Positions 18,468 to 29,335 are shown, counted from the first letter of the stretch. The stretch is DNA of 64,000 nt from an uncultured Bacillales bacterium (GCA_947648915.1 CANSPQ010000001.1:12429-76428), one strand, 5' to 3'. Translations and numbers: made by a program. The notes: a model not told the origin generated them from the sequence alone.

Positions 18468-19445
18468 ATGGAATTTAATTTGCAAGAGGCAAAGGAAAAG
18501 ACAATTGAATTTTTAAATCAAAAATCATATTCTTTGGTACGTCCTGATTTTTCTAAATATTCCCAAGTTTATTTATTTACAACTGAAAATTTATCATATA
18601 TAGATAAATTAGATATCCAAAATAAAGATATTTTAACTGTTACAGGTAGTTTTGATCAATGTTTAAATCTTGCTTACAAAGGTTGTAAATCTGTATGCAA
18701 TTTTGATGTAAATGTTTTAACAGTTGCATTTGCAGCATTTAAGTACGCAGCGCTTAAAGCATTTACATATAAAGAATATTTAGAATTTTTATCTGGCAAT
18801 AATCGTTTAGATTACCATATGTATTTGAGAATAAAACCTTATATGAATTTTATATTTCAAGAATACTGGGATTTTATATATCAAACATTTGATTATTCTG
18901 GAACCTCTATTTTTGCCTCCAGATTGTTTGATACTCCTAAAACAATAGAACAAATAATTTCCTTGAATCCCTATTTAAGAAATGAAAATAATTATAATAC
19001 TACTAAACAGAGGATAGATTCTGTTGCAATTAAATTTGAAGAAAAAAATGTATTGGAAATTGGGCAATCAGATGAATTGTATGATATAATGCTATTTTCT
19101 AATCTTGAAACTTATTTGTTAGATGAACTTTCAGGTGGAATGACCCCCGAAGAATACATAAATTTTCTTCATAATAACGCTAGTAATCAATTAAAAGAAA
19201 ATGGTATAATTCAAATTGCATATCAATATCAATATAGAACAAAGGTAAACTTGACAGGAAATTTTTTAAAAAATTTATTTCATAAAAAATATAAGGTTAA
19301 AGGAATTGATTATTTAGAGAAAAAATATCGAAAGATAATTATTACAGGAAGTCCCTTATGGAGTAACACAGAAATAACAAGTGACGTTCAAGATTGTATT
19401 TATTTATATAAAAATGAACTAGAGAAACGAAGAAATGTTTTATAA
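18468..19445 (+). CDS. DUF3419/BtaA-like putative SAM-dependent transferase
   Basis: 325 aa. DILTVTGSFDQCLNLAYKGCKSVCNFDVNVLTVAFAAFKYAALKAFTYKEYLEFL resembles the DUF3419 core (d.vLsItSaGcNaL..l...p..v.avDlN..Q.all.LK.aa...l.yeeF). Recognised by memory only. Confidence 0.4.
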   Translation: MEFNLQEAKEKTIEFLNQKSYSLVRPDFSKYSQVYLFTTENLSYIDKLDIQNKDILTVTGSFDQCLNLAYKGCKSVCNFDVNVLTVAFAAFKYAALKAFTYKEYLEFLSGNNRLDYHMYLRIKPYMNFIFQEYWDFIYQTFDYSGTSIFASRLFDTPKTIEQIISLNPYLRNENNYNTTKQRIDSVAIKFEEKNVLEIGQSDELYDIMLFSNLETYLLDELSGGMTPEEYINFLHNNASNQLKENGIIQIAYQYQYRTKVNLTGNFLKNLFHKKYKVKGIDYLEKKYRKIIITGSPLWSNTEITSDVQDCIYLYKNELEKRRNVL

Positions 19446-19572
19446 AATGGAAAATCTTTTTAGACAAATATTTTTATACGGAATTATGGAACAAAACACT
19501 TTGTAATTTGTGATTAAGTATATTTTTAATTTTCTGAAAAATTGATAACTATATTAGATGGGAGTGAATCAA

Positions 19573-20325
19573 ATGAAAAATATTAGTCATTATGTTTTTG
19601 GAATTATAGGAGGTTTAATTGGTGGAATAATTGCTTCAATTCCATGGATATTACTCTATATCTATGGAAATATGATGTTTTCTTTACTTGCTGTTTTTAT
19701 TGCGATGGGTGCACTCATTGGATATAGATTATTTAAAGGAAAAGTAGATAAAAAGTTACCACTGATTATTACAATATTATCTCTTATTTCCGTTTCAATT
19801 GTTACACTTGTTATTATTCCGTTATTACTTCTTTCTAAAAATGATTTAGTTGTAAGTTTCGAAAATCTAGAGTGGTTATACCAAAATTCTGAATTTGCAA
19901 GTGCGATAATGCGGGATTATATCATATCCTTAGTTTTTACACTTCTTGGAATTAGCGGTGTTACTTCACAACTGAAAAGAGGAGAAGATCCAAAGCTTTT
20001 TCCTCAAAATAATGCATTACGACAAGAAGCTTCAGAACAGACTTCTAATATAAAAGAATCCTTCCAACAATTAGATGCAATGTCAAAAGAAAATGCAGTA
20101 CCAAAAGAGAGTATTCTAAATGCATTATCAGGAGAAGAAAATTCATCTGCTACATTTCGTACTCTATGTACACAAAAAATAATCCGTAAATATAAAAAGA
20201 ACTACTACTTTGACGAAAAATCAGAGCGTAGTGTCCTTCGCAGATTTTTACTCATTTATTTTGGTATTATGAAATGGATTATCCTTATATTTATTATTCT
20301 ACTAATTCCGATTCTATTTTTATAG
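19573..20325 (+). CDS. Integral membrane protein (4 TM) with acidic/polar C-terminal half
   Basis: ORF 19558..20325. The likely start, MKNISHYVFGIIGG at 19573, follows GGGAG. Overlaps the 3' end of the convergent rluA-family gene by 6 nt. Confidence 0.5.
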   Translation: MKNISHYVFGIIGGLIGGIIASIPWILLYIYGNMMFSLLAVFIAMGALIGYRLFKGKVDKKLPLIITILSLISVSIVTLVIIPLLLLSKNDLVVSFENLEWLYQNSEFASAIMRDYIISLVFTLLGISGVTSQLKRGEDPKLFPQNNALRQEASEQTSNIKESFQQLDAMSKENAVPKESILNALSGEENSSATFRTLCTQKIIRKYKKNYYFDEKSERSVLRRFLLIYFGIMKWIILIFIILLIPILFL

Positions 20326-21150
20326 GTATGAAAGAAAGCATTCAGGCATCTCTGAGACAATAGAGATGTTTTTCTTTGTAATTGGATGAACAAATTCTAA
20401 ATGATAAGCATGTAATGCAAGTCTTGAAAATGTCTTTTTATTTCCGTATTTTATATCTCCCAAAATTGGATGTCCAAGTTCCTTCATATGCACACGAATT
20501 TGATTTTTTCTTCCCGTATCTAGATGTATATTTAAAAAAGTTACATCCTTTTTTTCAGATAATACTTGATAATGCGTAATAGCCTCTTTTCCGATTCTAC
20601 TTTTACTCGAATAAACAATATGTGTTTTCGTTTCTTGTAACCATGTATGGATTGTTCCTTTTTTCGGTAATCCAGTTCCCTCTACCAATGCATAATAACC
20701 CCTTACTCTTACAATAGAATTCCAATTATTTTGCAATAAGTTTTTGATTCTCTCATTTTTTGCAAACATTAAAACACCTGAAGTTTCTTGATCTAGGCGA
20801 TGTATAATAAATACTTTTTTGTGTTCTTTTTGATTTACATACTGACTTACCATATAATAAGCCGTCAATTCTTTTTCTTTGTTGGTTGCAATTGTAAGTA
20901 AACCTGCTGGTTTTTCTATCGCAATCAGTTCTTGGTCTTCATATAATATTGAAATTTCATAATTCTGATATACAATTGGTTTTGGTTTGATTGTAACCAA
21001 ATCTTTCATTGAAACAGGATAGTTTGCTTTTGTAATTGTTTTCCCATCTACTAAAATAGATCCATTCTGTATCATTGTTTTTATCACATTTTTGGATTTA
21101 TTTTGTGTTTTTATTAAGTATTCTAATAAGGTTTTTGATTCATTCCGCAT
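20320..21150 (-). CDS. RluA-family 23S rRNA/tRNA pseudouridine synthase with N-terminal S4 domain (RluC/RluD-like)
   Basis: 276 aa. S4-like N-terminus (SILVDGKTITKANYPV). Catalytic motif HRLDQETSGVLMFAKN (HRLD..TSG). Confidence 0.65.
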   Translation of the reverse strand: MRNESKTLLEYLIKTQNKSKNVIKTMIQNGSILVDGKTITKANYPVSMKDLVTIKPKPIVYQNYEISILYEDQELIAIEKPAGLLTIATNKEKELTAYYMVSQYVNQKEHKKVFIIHRLDQETSGVLMFAKNERIKNLLQNNWNSIVRVRGYYALVEGTGLPKKGTIHTWLQETKTHIVYSSKSRIGKEAITHYQVLSEKKDVTFLNIHLDTGRKNQIRVHMKELGHPILGDIKYGNKKTFSRLALHAYHLEFVHPITKKNISIVSEMPECFLSYL

Positions 21151-21323
21151 ATATTTATAACTCCTTAAATATTATAATTGAAGTCTATTATCACTCATAT
21201 TCTCATTATAACTAACTGAATTTATATGTTCATTTATAACTGACTATGTCATAATGTACAAACAAAATAAGTACAACGTTTATTATGAATATTTCATTTT
21301 ATCCATTATTTCCTCATCATACT

Positions 21324-22175
21324 TTAAACTATAACTGGTGTAACAATTTCACCAATTACTTTAATTGCTTTTATTGTATCTTCAAATGATATTTCTTTTG
21401 CGTATTCGTAGTTGCTCTGATAATTATTCCATAATATTTTTAATCTTGAATCATTATTAATCAGTTCTATATATTCACTATAATTATCTATATAATCCAT
21501 CGTTTCACGATTCTTAGCAGTATTTAAAATTGCATTTTTTAAAATATGTTTGTTAATGTCACTCCATTTAAAATTAACAAACATATATAAGTCATAATAA
21601 TCTTTCATTCTAGTATTATCAATATTTCTACTAATTATTGCCTCAAACTTTTCTGCAATAATTGTTTCGTAGTTATAAGTCATAATATTAATGTTTTCAT
21701 TATCAAATAATGTACTATATTTAAATTCTACTTCTTTATAAGTGATAACGTCCCCAGTAGTTATATCAATCATTAAGTTCGTTTTCAAACCATCAAATTC
21801 AGCTTTTAAATTAGCATTAAAACCAGAATATAATTCTTCTTCTCTAATATCTTTAATATTTTCTATTTCAAGTTTGATATTATCTTCTATATCTATATTA
21901 ATAATCTCATTAAGAACTTCAGTAATAGTTTCTCTAGAGAGTGATAAGCCTTTTATAGTAGTATCTAAATCCATAGTACTTCTTAAATTTACTCCAAAGA
22001 TAGACGATAATAAAAGTCCACCTTTAATTATAAATTTATCCTTATATTTAGACTTCGAAATTCTTTTTAATAATGATTCAAACATAAAGTTTTGAATCAA
22101 ATATTTATTGGGTATATTAGTTTTATTAGATAAGTTAGATATTTTTGCTTTTAAACTGTCTCTGTTCTTAATCAT
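21324..22175 (-). CDS. AbiEii/AbiGii-family nucleotidyltransferase toxin (type IV TA / abortive infection)
   Basis: 283 aa. N-terminus ...NKYLIQNFMFESLLKRISKSKYKDKFIIKGGLLLSSIFGVNLRSTMDLD is the characteristic DUF1814/AbiEii start (..ErfLyRls.s.y.d.fvLKGG..L). 4-nt overlap with the upstream AbiEi gene. Confidence 0.6.
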   Translation of the reverse strand: MIKNRDSLKAKISNLSNKTNIPNKYLIQNFMFESLLKRISKSKYKDKFIIKGGLLLSSIFGVNLRSTMDLDTTIKGLSLSRETITEVLNEIINIDIEDNIKLEIENIKDIREEELYSGFNANLKAEFDGLKTNLMIDITTGDVITYKEVEFKYSTLFDNENINIMTYNYETIIAEKFEAIISRNIDNTRMKDYYDLYMFVNFKWSDINKHILKNAILNTAKNRETMDYIDNYSEYIELINNDSRLKILWNNYQSNYEYAKEISFEDTIKAIKVIGEIVTPVIV

Positions 22176-22759
22176 TTAAGCACCTCAAAAGTGTCTCTTA
22201 CTTTATTGTAAATGTTCATCTTTTTAGCATATTCATATAATTTTAATGTGTTTTTCTTTTTACTATAAAAATATTCTCTAATGGCTTTATTAAAAATTTC
22301 GAGGTCTATTTTCTTTTTATTTTTAATAATATCGCAAATAGTTTTATCTAAATCATATATTTTTATAATATTACCAGAATCTAATTTATAGTTAATTACT
22401 CCTAAATTTAACAATTCATTCTTTGTATAAAACAGATTAACATTTTCTTCTTTTTGAAGCGAACCTTTATATCCACTTTTAATGGAAATATCATATTTGA
22501 TAGGAATTCTATTAGAAAATCCGTGTAAGTAAAGGGCTGTTGTATTAGAATAGATTGCATATTTACTTTTACTTTGTAGAATCACAAATTCATCAATCAA
22601 AACATTCTTTTTAATATAAACTCCACGACATACTCTTTCTATTTTATTCTTCTTAATAAGTTTAGTAAGGTAAGTTCTAGGAATATTATGTTCAGTAACA
22701 TCTTTAGTAATCAAATAACCATTTTTAAATAAATTTAAGATTTTATTTTCATATTTCAT
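22172..22759 (-). CDS. AbiEi-like antitoxin / transcriptional regulator
   Basis: 195 aa, immediately upstream of and overlapping the AbiEii-like gene. Size and position fit the AbiEi partner. Its sequence similarity is weaker than its context. Confidence 0.45.
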   Translation of the reverse strand: MKYENKILNLFKNGYLITKDVTEHNIPRTYLTKLIKKNKIERVCRGVYIKKNVLIDEFVILQSKSKYAIYSNTTALYLHGFSNRIPIKYDISIKSGYKGSLQKEENVNLFYTKNELLNLGVINYKLDSGNIIKIYDLDKTICDIIKNKKKIDLEIFNKAIREYFYSKKKNTLKLYEYAKKMNIYNKVRDTFEVLK

Positions 22760-23139
22760 ATTTATTTTCCTTTCACACTTAAATCATAACATATTTAAGT
22801 GTATTTGAAAACATAATTTATAAATTTAAATATATTTTAATAATTAATCATTAATAAGAGCAACATTCCCTTTTTCTCTTATTAACTTATTTTTAAATTC
22901 TACTAATCCACTTATTATTCCAAATTCTGCTTGGTCTAATTTCAGTTTTATTTTCTTGCATTTACCTGCTCCTTACTGTCAAATTCAACCAGTGGGCATT
23001 TACCAGTTAGGTTGGTATAATGAAACATATACTACACAAACAACCTCTATAAGATTTTTTCAAAAACAGTAAAAATATCAATAATTTAATCGTTTTTTAC
23101 CATTTTTGACTACTGCTGAATAGTGTATTCTTTCTTTAT

Positions 23140-24366
23140 TTATAAAGGTTGCCGCCTATTTAACACGCACACACATTCAACATGATAAGTTTGCGGAAAC
23201 ATATCAACTGGTGTTAATTCATCTATATGATATATTTCTTTTAACTCTTTTAAATCACGTGCTAGTGTAACTGGATCACATGATACATATACAATTCGTT
23301 TTGCATTACAGTTTTTCAAATAGAAAAGCGTTTTATTGTCTAAACCATTACGTGGTGGATCTACAATAATAACACTATAATCCTCTTTTATTTTATCTAC
23401 TATGGTTGCCACATCACTGCAAATAAATTCTGCATTATCAATATGATTTCGTTTCTGATTTTCCCTTGCATCTATAATCGCTTGCCTGTTGATTTCAACC
23501 CCTAGTACTTTATGACAATAAGGACTCATATAAAGTCCAATTGTTCCTGTACCACAATATAAATCTAAAATGGAATCTTCTTTGGTTACAGAAGCATAGT
23601 TTAATACAATGTCATATAATTTTTTTGCTTGATTGGTATTTACTTGAAAAAACGAATCTGGAGAAATTCTAAATAGAAAATCGCCTATTTCTTCTTCAAT
23701 ATATGATTCTCCATAGATACATTTTAATTTCTTTCCTTTGATATAAATGGAGTTTACATATGAGCTTAAATTTTCTATCATTTTAGTTTGGTTGAAGCGA
23801 TTGTTTATTTGAAAAATAACCATTGTTTGATTTTTACTTGCTCTTACAATAACCTGTGAGCAATCATTGAGATCCAACTTTGTCATGACAGAGAGTAAGC
23901 TTTGTATTTTTTTATCTACTAAATCACAAGTTTCAATTGGAACAATTAAATTACTTTTATATTTAAAATAACCTATTTCCTTTCTTACTTGAAAAGTAGC
24001 TTTATTACGGTAATTCCATTCTTCAGATGCAACTATTTCTTGTATCGGAACATTAGAACTTACAAATTTCCTCATAATCTCTTTTACTTTTTCTATCTTC
24101 CATTCTAGTTGTTTCTTGTATGGTAGGTGCATTACATGACATCCACCACATTCTTTATAATAAGGACACCGTGGAGTAATACGATTACAACTCTGCTTAT
24201 AATAGTTCAAAACTTTTGCTTCTTTTAAATTTTTTTTCTCTTTTACAACTTGAACCTCAACTTGTTCATTTGGCAAGGCATTTTCGACAAAAATAACAAT
24301 TCCATCTTTTCTTATAATTCCTCTTCCTTGATGATCTAATTTTTCAATTGTATAAATTTGCTCCAT
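23140..24366 (-). CDS. rlmD: 23S rRNA (uracil-C5)-methyltransferase RlmD/RumA family (TRAM + Fe-S Cys cluster + SAM MTase)
   Basis: 408 aa. TRAM-like N-terminus. Cys cluster CPYYKECGGCHVMH. SAM motif LDLYCGTGTIGL. VDPPRNG motif. Confidence 0.7.
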   Translation of the reverse strand: MEQIYTIEKLDHQGRGIIRKDGIVIFVENALPNEQVEVQVVKEKKNLKEAKVLNYYKQSCNRITPRCPYYKECGGCHVMHLPYKKQLEWKIEKVKEIMRKFVSSNVPIQEIVASEEWNYRNKATFQVRKEIGYFKYKSNLIVPIETCDLVDKKIQSLLSVMTKLDLNDCSQVIVRASKNQTMVIFQINNRFNQTKMIENLSSYVNSIYIKGKKLKCIYGESYIEEEIGDFLFRISPDSFFQVNTNQAKKLYDIVLNYASVTKEDSILDLYCGTGTIGLYMSPYCHKVLGVEINRQAIIDARENQKRNHIDNAEFICSDVATIVDKIKEDYSVIIVDPPRNGLDNKTLFYLKNCNAKRIVYVSCDPVTLARDLKELKEIYHIDELTPVDMFPQTYHVECVCVLNRRQPL

Positions 24367-24479
24367 TATAAATCACCTAGAAATATTATATCATAGAATT
24401 TTTTTCATTTTGAATGAAAAACATTTGTTGATACTTTTTTTAAAATTGTACATACTATCATTAGAAATATGGTGATCGT

Positions 24480-25931
24480 ATGTTAGAAAATATAGAACAG
24501 ATTGTAAATCGTCTTAAGAATGAGACCAATGATTTAACCGATATTATTTATCGAAAAAAAACAATTCAAAAGAAAAATATTTATATTATTTATAATGAAC
24601 CACTTACCTCTAGTGATAAAATTAGCGATTTTATTGTTCGAAGTTTAAATCATATTGAACAGGAAAAAATAAAAGCAACCAATATACTTGAACGAATCGA
24701 AAACGATATTAGTAACTTCAAAGTCAAAAGAATACAGAATTATAACCAAATTTGTTTTTACTTACATCGTGGTTTTACCATTATACTAATTGAAGATGAA
24801 AAAGAAGCACTCGCTTTAGAAACCAAAGCCAATATTGCTAGAGGAATCAGTCAACCGCAAACAGAAAACACTGTAAGAGGTGCGAAAGATGCATTTGTGG
24901 AAGACTATCAAGTTAATCTAGGATTAATCAAAAAAAGAATTAAAACCAACGATTTATGGATTGAGGGATTAACAATTGGTAAATATACAGCAACTCAGGT
25001 AGGTGTTTTGTCTATTCATGGTATTGTTAAGGAAGATTTAGTAAATCAAGTAATGACACAATTAAAACAAATTGATATTGATGGTATTATTGATAGTGGG
25101 ATGATTAAAAATCTTATCGAAAAGGAAACAAAATCAATTTTCCCAACCATTATTACAACGGAACGACCAGACATCGTTTCCAAAGCTTTATTAAATGGAA
25201 AGGTTGCGATTGTAGTAGATAACAGTCCCTATATTTTAATTGTACCTAGTTTATTAAATGACTACTTTAAAACAATGGAAGATGTTTATGGTAAAGGCAT
25301 GAACATTACCTTTACTAGAATCATCAAATTTCTAGCTTTTATTATTGCTTTATTTACGCCTGCAGTTTATATTGCTCTCATCACCTACAATCAAGAAATG
25401 ATTCCCACAGATTTGTTGGCTGATTTTGCAACACAAAGAGATGGCGTTCCTTTTCCTGCTTTCTTTGAAGGTGTCATTATGATTATCTCGTTTGAAATCC
25501 TAAGAGAAAGCGATCTACGTGTTCCTAGTTTTAGTGGAAGTGCTTTGTCCATTGTTGGAGCTTTAATTTTAGGAGATGCTGCAGTAAGCGCGGGAATTGT
25601 CTCCCCTATTATGATTATTGTAATTGCGATTACGGCTATTAGTTCTTTACCGTTTACTGAATATGAGCTTGAAAATGCTCTCAGATGGTATCGATTATTA
25701 TTTATGCTTGGTGGTGCTTTTTTAGGTATTGTAGGTGTTCTTGCGATGACTATTTTCTTTATTATTCGTTTAAGTCACCTAGAATCATTTGGAAAACCAT
25801 ATTTGATGCCATTTACTCCCACAGATATTGATTCCTTAAAAAATAGTATCGTTAAATTTCCACTCAAATCCCTCAATAAACGTCCAAATTATTTATCCAA
25901 TAATCGAACAATGCAAAGGAGGAAAAAATGA
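24480..25931 (+). CDS. Spore germination protein, GerA (A-subunit) family
   Basis: 483 aa. Soluble N-domain plus about 5 C-terminal TMs. KALLNGKVAIVVDNSPYILIVPS is typical of GerAA/GerKA. Confidence 0.7.
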   Translation: MLENIEQIVNRLKNETNDLTDIIYRKKTIQKKNIYIIYNEPLTSSDKISDFIVRSLNHIEQEKIKATNILERIENDISNFKVKRIQNYNQICFYLHRGFTIILIEDEKEALALETKANIARGISQPQTENTVRGAKDAFVEDYQVNLGLIKKRIKTNDLWIEGLTIGKYTATQVGVLSIHGIVKEDLVNQVMTQLKQIDIDGIIDSGMIKNLIEKETKSIFPTIITTERPDIVSKALLNGKVAIVVDNSPYILIVPSLLNDYFKTMEDVYGKGMNITFTRIIKFLAFIIALFTPAVYIALITYNQEMIPTDLLADFATQRDGVPFPAFFEGVIMIISFEILRESDLRVPSFSGSALSIVGALILGDAAVSAGIVSPIMIIVIAITAISSLPFTEYELENALRWYRLLFMLGGAFLGIVGVLAMTIFFIIRLSHLESFGKPYLMPFTPTDIDSLKNSIVKFPLKSLNKRPNYLSNNRTMQRRKK

Positions 25932-27118
25932 TGAAAAAAGTCAAATGGGTATTACCATGTTTATTCCTACTTTTATGTACAGGATGTTATAACTATAGAG
26001 AACTTAATCAAATTGCCTTAACAAGTGCGATTGGAATTGATAAAGCAGACGATGGTGAAGGATACACTGTAACAGTTCAAGTTTTGAATACACAGAAACA
26101 AGGTAGTGACTCGAATTATAGCGGAAGTCAACCTAAGTTTATTCTATACGAACAAACAGGTCCAACACTTCAACATGCTTTGCGTACGATTATTTTAGAA
26201 TCACCACGTCGACTCTATGTCAACCATATCAATCTTTTAGTAATTAGTGAAACAGTTGCAAAAGAGGGCATCAAAGAGATCTTAGATTTCTTTGCCCGAA
26301 ATACCGAGTTTCGAAAGGATTTCCTTGTAGTAATAAGTAGAGAAGCTTCTACGGAGAATGTTATGCAGGTACTTACTCCTTTAGAAACACTAAATTCTAA
26401 AAATATTCATGATAGTATTACAACAGATGTAAAATTTTATGGAATGGCAACTAAAGTAACCTTTGAAGATTTATTAAATACTTATTTGAATCAGCGTACT
26501 AACATTGTTCTTCCATCAGTAGAAGTAGTTGGAAATACAAAAAAAGGCGAAGGGGAAGATAACATCAAACAATCGGTTCCAGATGCAACAGTGAAATTAA
26601 CACCACTTGCAATTTTCAGTGGAGAGAAAATGATGGGCTATCTGACAGAAGAAGAAAGTCGTATTTACAATTATGTTCAAAATAATATGCAAAACACGAT
26701 TGTTACAGCATACTGTTCAGAAAATGGTAAATTTACAGCTGAATTAATCTCTACGAAAACGAAATTGAAGCCCGATATTGAAAACAAAAAAATTAGTATT
26801 CAAGTAAAAGCTACTGCAAGTATCAAGGAAATTAATTGTAATATGAATTTGTTAAGTCCAGATTCCATTCAACTATTAGAGAATAAAATTAATACAGAAA
26901 TAGAAGAAACAATTGAAAAAGATATCCTAAAAATAATTCAAACTTATAAAACAGATATTTTTGGTTTTGAAGAATTACTTTATAAAAGCAATCCAAATAC
27001 TTATAAACAATTAAAGGAAAAGTACGGTGAAGAACTGATTGAAAATTTTAAATTTGAAGTTTCTTCAAAAGTGAAATTACAAACCAAAGGAAATATTGTA
27101 AAGGAGATTACAAGATGA
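25928..27118 (+). CDS. Spore germination lipoprotein, Ger(x)C family
   Basis: 396 aa. Lipoprotein signal with LLLCTGC lipobox. 4-nt start overlap with the GerA-like gene. Confidence 0.65.
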   Translation: MMKKVKWVLPCLFLLLCTGCYNYRELNQIALTSAIGIDKADDGEGYTVTVQVLNTQKQGSDSNYSGSQPKFILYEQTGPTLQHALRTIILESPRRLYVNHINLLVISETVAKEGIKEILDFFARNTEFRKDFLVVISREASTENVMQVLTPLETLNSKNIHDSITTDVKFYGMATKVTFEDLLNTYLNQRTNIVLPSVEVVGNTKKGEGEDNIKQSVPDATVKLTPLAIFSGEKMMGYLTEEESRIYNYVQNNMQNTIVTAYCSENGKFTAELISTKTKLKPDIENKKISIQVKATASIKEINCNMNLLSPDSIQLLENKINTEIEETIEKDILKIIQTYKTDIFGFEELLYKSNPNTYKQLKEKYGEELIENFKFEVSSKVKLQTKGNIVKEITR

Positions 27119-28203
27119 AAAACAAAATCAATTGCCTACAATATAATACAATGCTAATTTTAATTATAGTGTCTGCTTTTATGGGAATTGGTGTATATTC
27201 TCTTGTACAAGCAGCTGGAATTGACGCTTATATCACTGTATTATTAGGTATTATTGTAGGAATTCCTATTTTACTTTTATTTCTCTATATTGCAAACTAT
27301 GAGCCTGACTTAGCATTTCCAAAGAAATTAGAGAAATTATATGGTAAGAAGATTGGAAAAGTAGTCACGATTCTATGTGCCATTTTTATCTTTATTTTTG
27401 CCAATAATTATATGTTCAATTTGATTAATTTTATTGTGTCTCAATTTTTGCCAGAAACACCTCTTATGGTAATTGGAATTGTATTTTCTATTCTTACGAT
27501 TTATGCCAATACAAAGGGTATTGAAACCGTATCTCGAGTGAGTTTATTACTACTGGTTATCAATATAATTCTATTTGCGATTGGTTTCATTGGTTTAATT
27601 CCTAGTATGGACACATCTAATTTAAAACCTGTTTTGGAATTTGGGGTTACAAGACCATTGCAAGCAACATTCTACTTTGTCACATTGATGATTATGCCTA
27701 TATTTGCATTACTGATTGTACCTAAAAATAAGGTAGTAAATCCGAAAAAATTCAATCAATCAGTTGTGATTTCTTATTTTATTGCTTTACTATTTATTTT
27801 TGGTTTTTGCATTATTACTTTAGGAATTTTAGGAATTCATTTGGCAAGTATTTACCAATATCCTGAATATATTATATTAAAGCATGTTAATCTTTTTGGA
27901 TTTTTAGATCGCATTGAGAATATTATTACAGCACAATGGATTTTTGGTTTATTTTTCTGTGTTACTTTTGCAGTTTATTATATTAGTAATAGTATTAAAC
28001 TAGAGCATAATAGTAAGCTACTTCCTACAAGTATTGTAACGCTTATGTTACTTGCGAGTTTGTACTTAATACCGGATAATACTTTCTTTAATTGGTATAT
28101 CTATTATATCGCTCCGCTTTTAAGACTTGCTTCTCTAGGTGTTTTTATTGTCATTGCAATTTCTATATTTATTCAAAAAAGAAAAAAGAATTCTTCCGAC
28201 TGA
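27115..28203 (+). CDS. Spore germination permease, GerAB family (APC superfamily, ~10 TM)
   Basis: 362 aa polytopic. 4-nt overlap with the preceding gene. Third gene of a gerA-type operon, arranged A-C-B. Confidence 0.65.
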   Translation: MKNKINCLQYNTMLILIIVSAFMGIGVYSLVQAAGIDAYITVLLGIIVGIPILLLFLYIANYEPDLAFPKKLEKLYGKKIGKVVTILCAIFIFIFANNYMFNLINFIVSQFLPETPLMVIGIVFSILTIYANTKGIETVSRVSLLLLVINIILFAIGFIGLIPSMDTSNLKPVLEFGVTRPLQATFYFVTLMIMPIFALLIVPKNKVVNPKKFNQSVVISYFIALLFIFGFCIITLGILGIHLASIYQYPEYIILKHVNLFGFLDRIENIITAQWIFGLFFCVTFAVYYISNSIKLEHNSKLLPTSIVTLMLLASLYLIPDNTFFNWYIYYIAPLLRLASLGVFIVIAISIFIQKRKKNSSD

Positions 28204-28209
28204 ATTCTT

Positions 28210-28986
28210 TTACTTTAATAAACTATAAATAAGGAAAATAATTCCAGCAATTACAATTCCAATAATAATGGATAAGCCTGTTTTTACTACATTTGGTTTC
28301 AATTTTAATTTCGTTGTTTCTTTCAATTGTTCAAAATCATCATCGCCAAAATTTAAACTAGAGGTATAAAATGATTTATCCATTTCCCCTCTCTCTTCAT
28401 TTTTAGCTAATTCTTCCTGTTTTGCCTCCTCTAATAAGGTCCTAATAGAATCTTTATTTTCAACTAAAGTATTATCTTCTGATTTTAAATCATCAAACAT
28501 ATCAAGGCTTAATTCTCTTGTAGCTAGTTGATTTAACTCACTATTATTTGTAATGGTATCAATCAATTCCCTTAGTTCATTTTGTTCATAATCTTTTGTT
28601 TTGCTTTTTTCTTTTAGGTTCTTTAATATATTGTATCCAGTATTATCTAACCGATGGTATTTTTCTTCCACTTTTTTACTGTTTTTTGCTTTATCTAAGA
28701 TATCACGGATATCGTAATTTTTTTCTGCCTCTAGAGTAGGAATATCTTCTGGTTGTGTTACTATAGGTTCTTTTATCATTTGTCTAAATTGTCTTTGTTT
28801 TTGATATTGCTCTCTATTTTTTAACATATTTTTTATTTTGGTGATGTCTACTTCATTGGATTTTTCGATGGTAGCAATTCCTTCAATATTACTATATTCT
28901 CCATCCTCATAAATTTCGCGATATAAATCTTGATTACGTTCGCTTCTTTTTGAGGTACGATTAGTAGGTTTATAATAACGTTCCAT
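28210..28986 (-). CDS. Tail-anchored, highly charged hypothetical protein (single C-terminal TM)
   Basis: ORF 28210..29022. Likely start MERYYKP. Lys/Glu-rich, with GLSIIIGIVIAGIIFLIYSLLK at the C-terminus. Confidence 0.4.
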   Translation of the reverse strand: MERYYKPTNRTSKRSERNQDLYREIYEDGEYSNIEGIATIEKSNEVDITKIKNMLKNREQYQKQRQFRQMIKEPIVTQPEDIPTLEAEKNYDIRDILDKAKNSKKVEEKYHRLDNTGYNILKNLKEKSKTKDYEQNELRELIDTITNNSELNQLATRELSLDMFDDLKSEDNTLVENKDSIRTLLEEAKQEELAKNEERGEMDKSFYTSSLNFGDDDFEQLKETTKLKLKPNVVKTGLSIIIGIVIAGIIFLIYSLLK

Positions 28987-29098
28987 TCTACTTGTCAAGC
29001 ATATCACCTCTAGTATTATCATAACATAAATTTTCCGTTTTTAAAACATTTACTTGCATATCTACTTGTTTTTCTTATATAATGAATATGGTGATGTT

Positions 29099-29323
29099 AT
29101 GAAAAAGGTGAAAGTAAATCAAGATTTATGTATTGGTTGTGGCGCATGTCAGGCAATTGTAGATTCTGTATTTCAGTTAAATGATGAAGGATTTGCAGAA
29201 ACAAAAGAAGAAACTAATACTGTAGATACTATGGATGAAGTATTAAAAAATGATGTAATGGATGCTTTGGAGGGTTGTCCAACAGCTGCAATTTTTATAG
29301 AAGAAGAAAAAGAAGCTGCGTAA
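29099..29323 (+). CDS. Small ferredoxin (single [4Fe-4S]/[3Fe-4S] cluster type)
   Basis: MKKVKVNQDLCIGCGACQAI...EGCPTAAI shows the CxxCxxC...CP pattern. GGTGATG RBS. The first ATG of the ORF-track ORF (29054) lacks an RBS. Confidence 0.6.
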   Translation: MKKVKVNQDLCIGCGACQAIVDSVFQLNDEGFAETKEETNTVDTMDEVLKNDVMDALEGCPTAAIFIEEEKEAA

Positions 29324-29335
29324 ACAGTTTCTTTT

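Noticed and set aside
21742-22095. Plus-strand 117-aa ORF
   Set aside because: It is antisense to AbiEii-like gene. The translation is Ser/Ile low-complexity.
22990-23012. Extended -10-like element TGgTATAAT with upstream TTTACC on the plus strand
   Set aside because: No plus-strand gene follows within 1.4 kb, since the next genes are minus-strand. It may be a chance match in AT-rich DNA or may drive an uncharacterised sRNA. This is insufficient to call a promoter.
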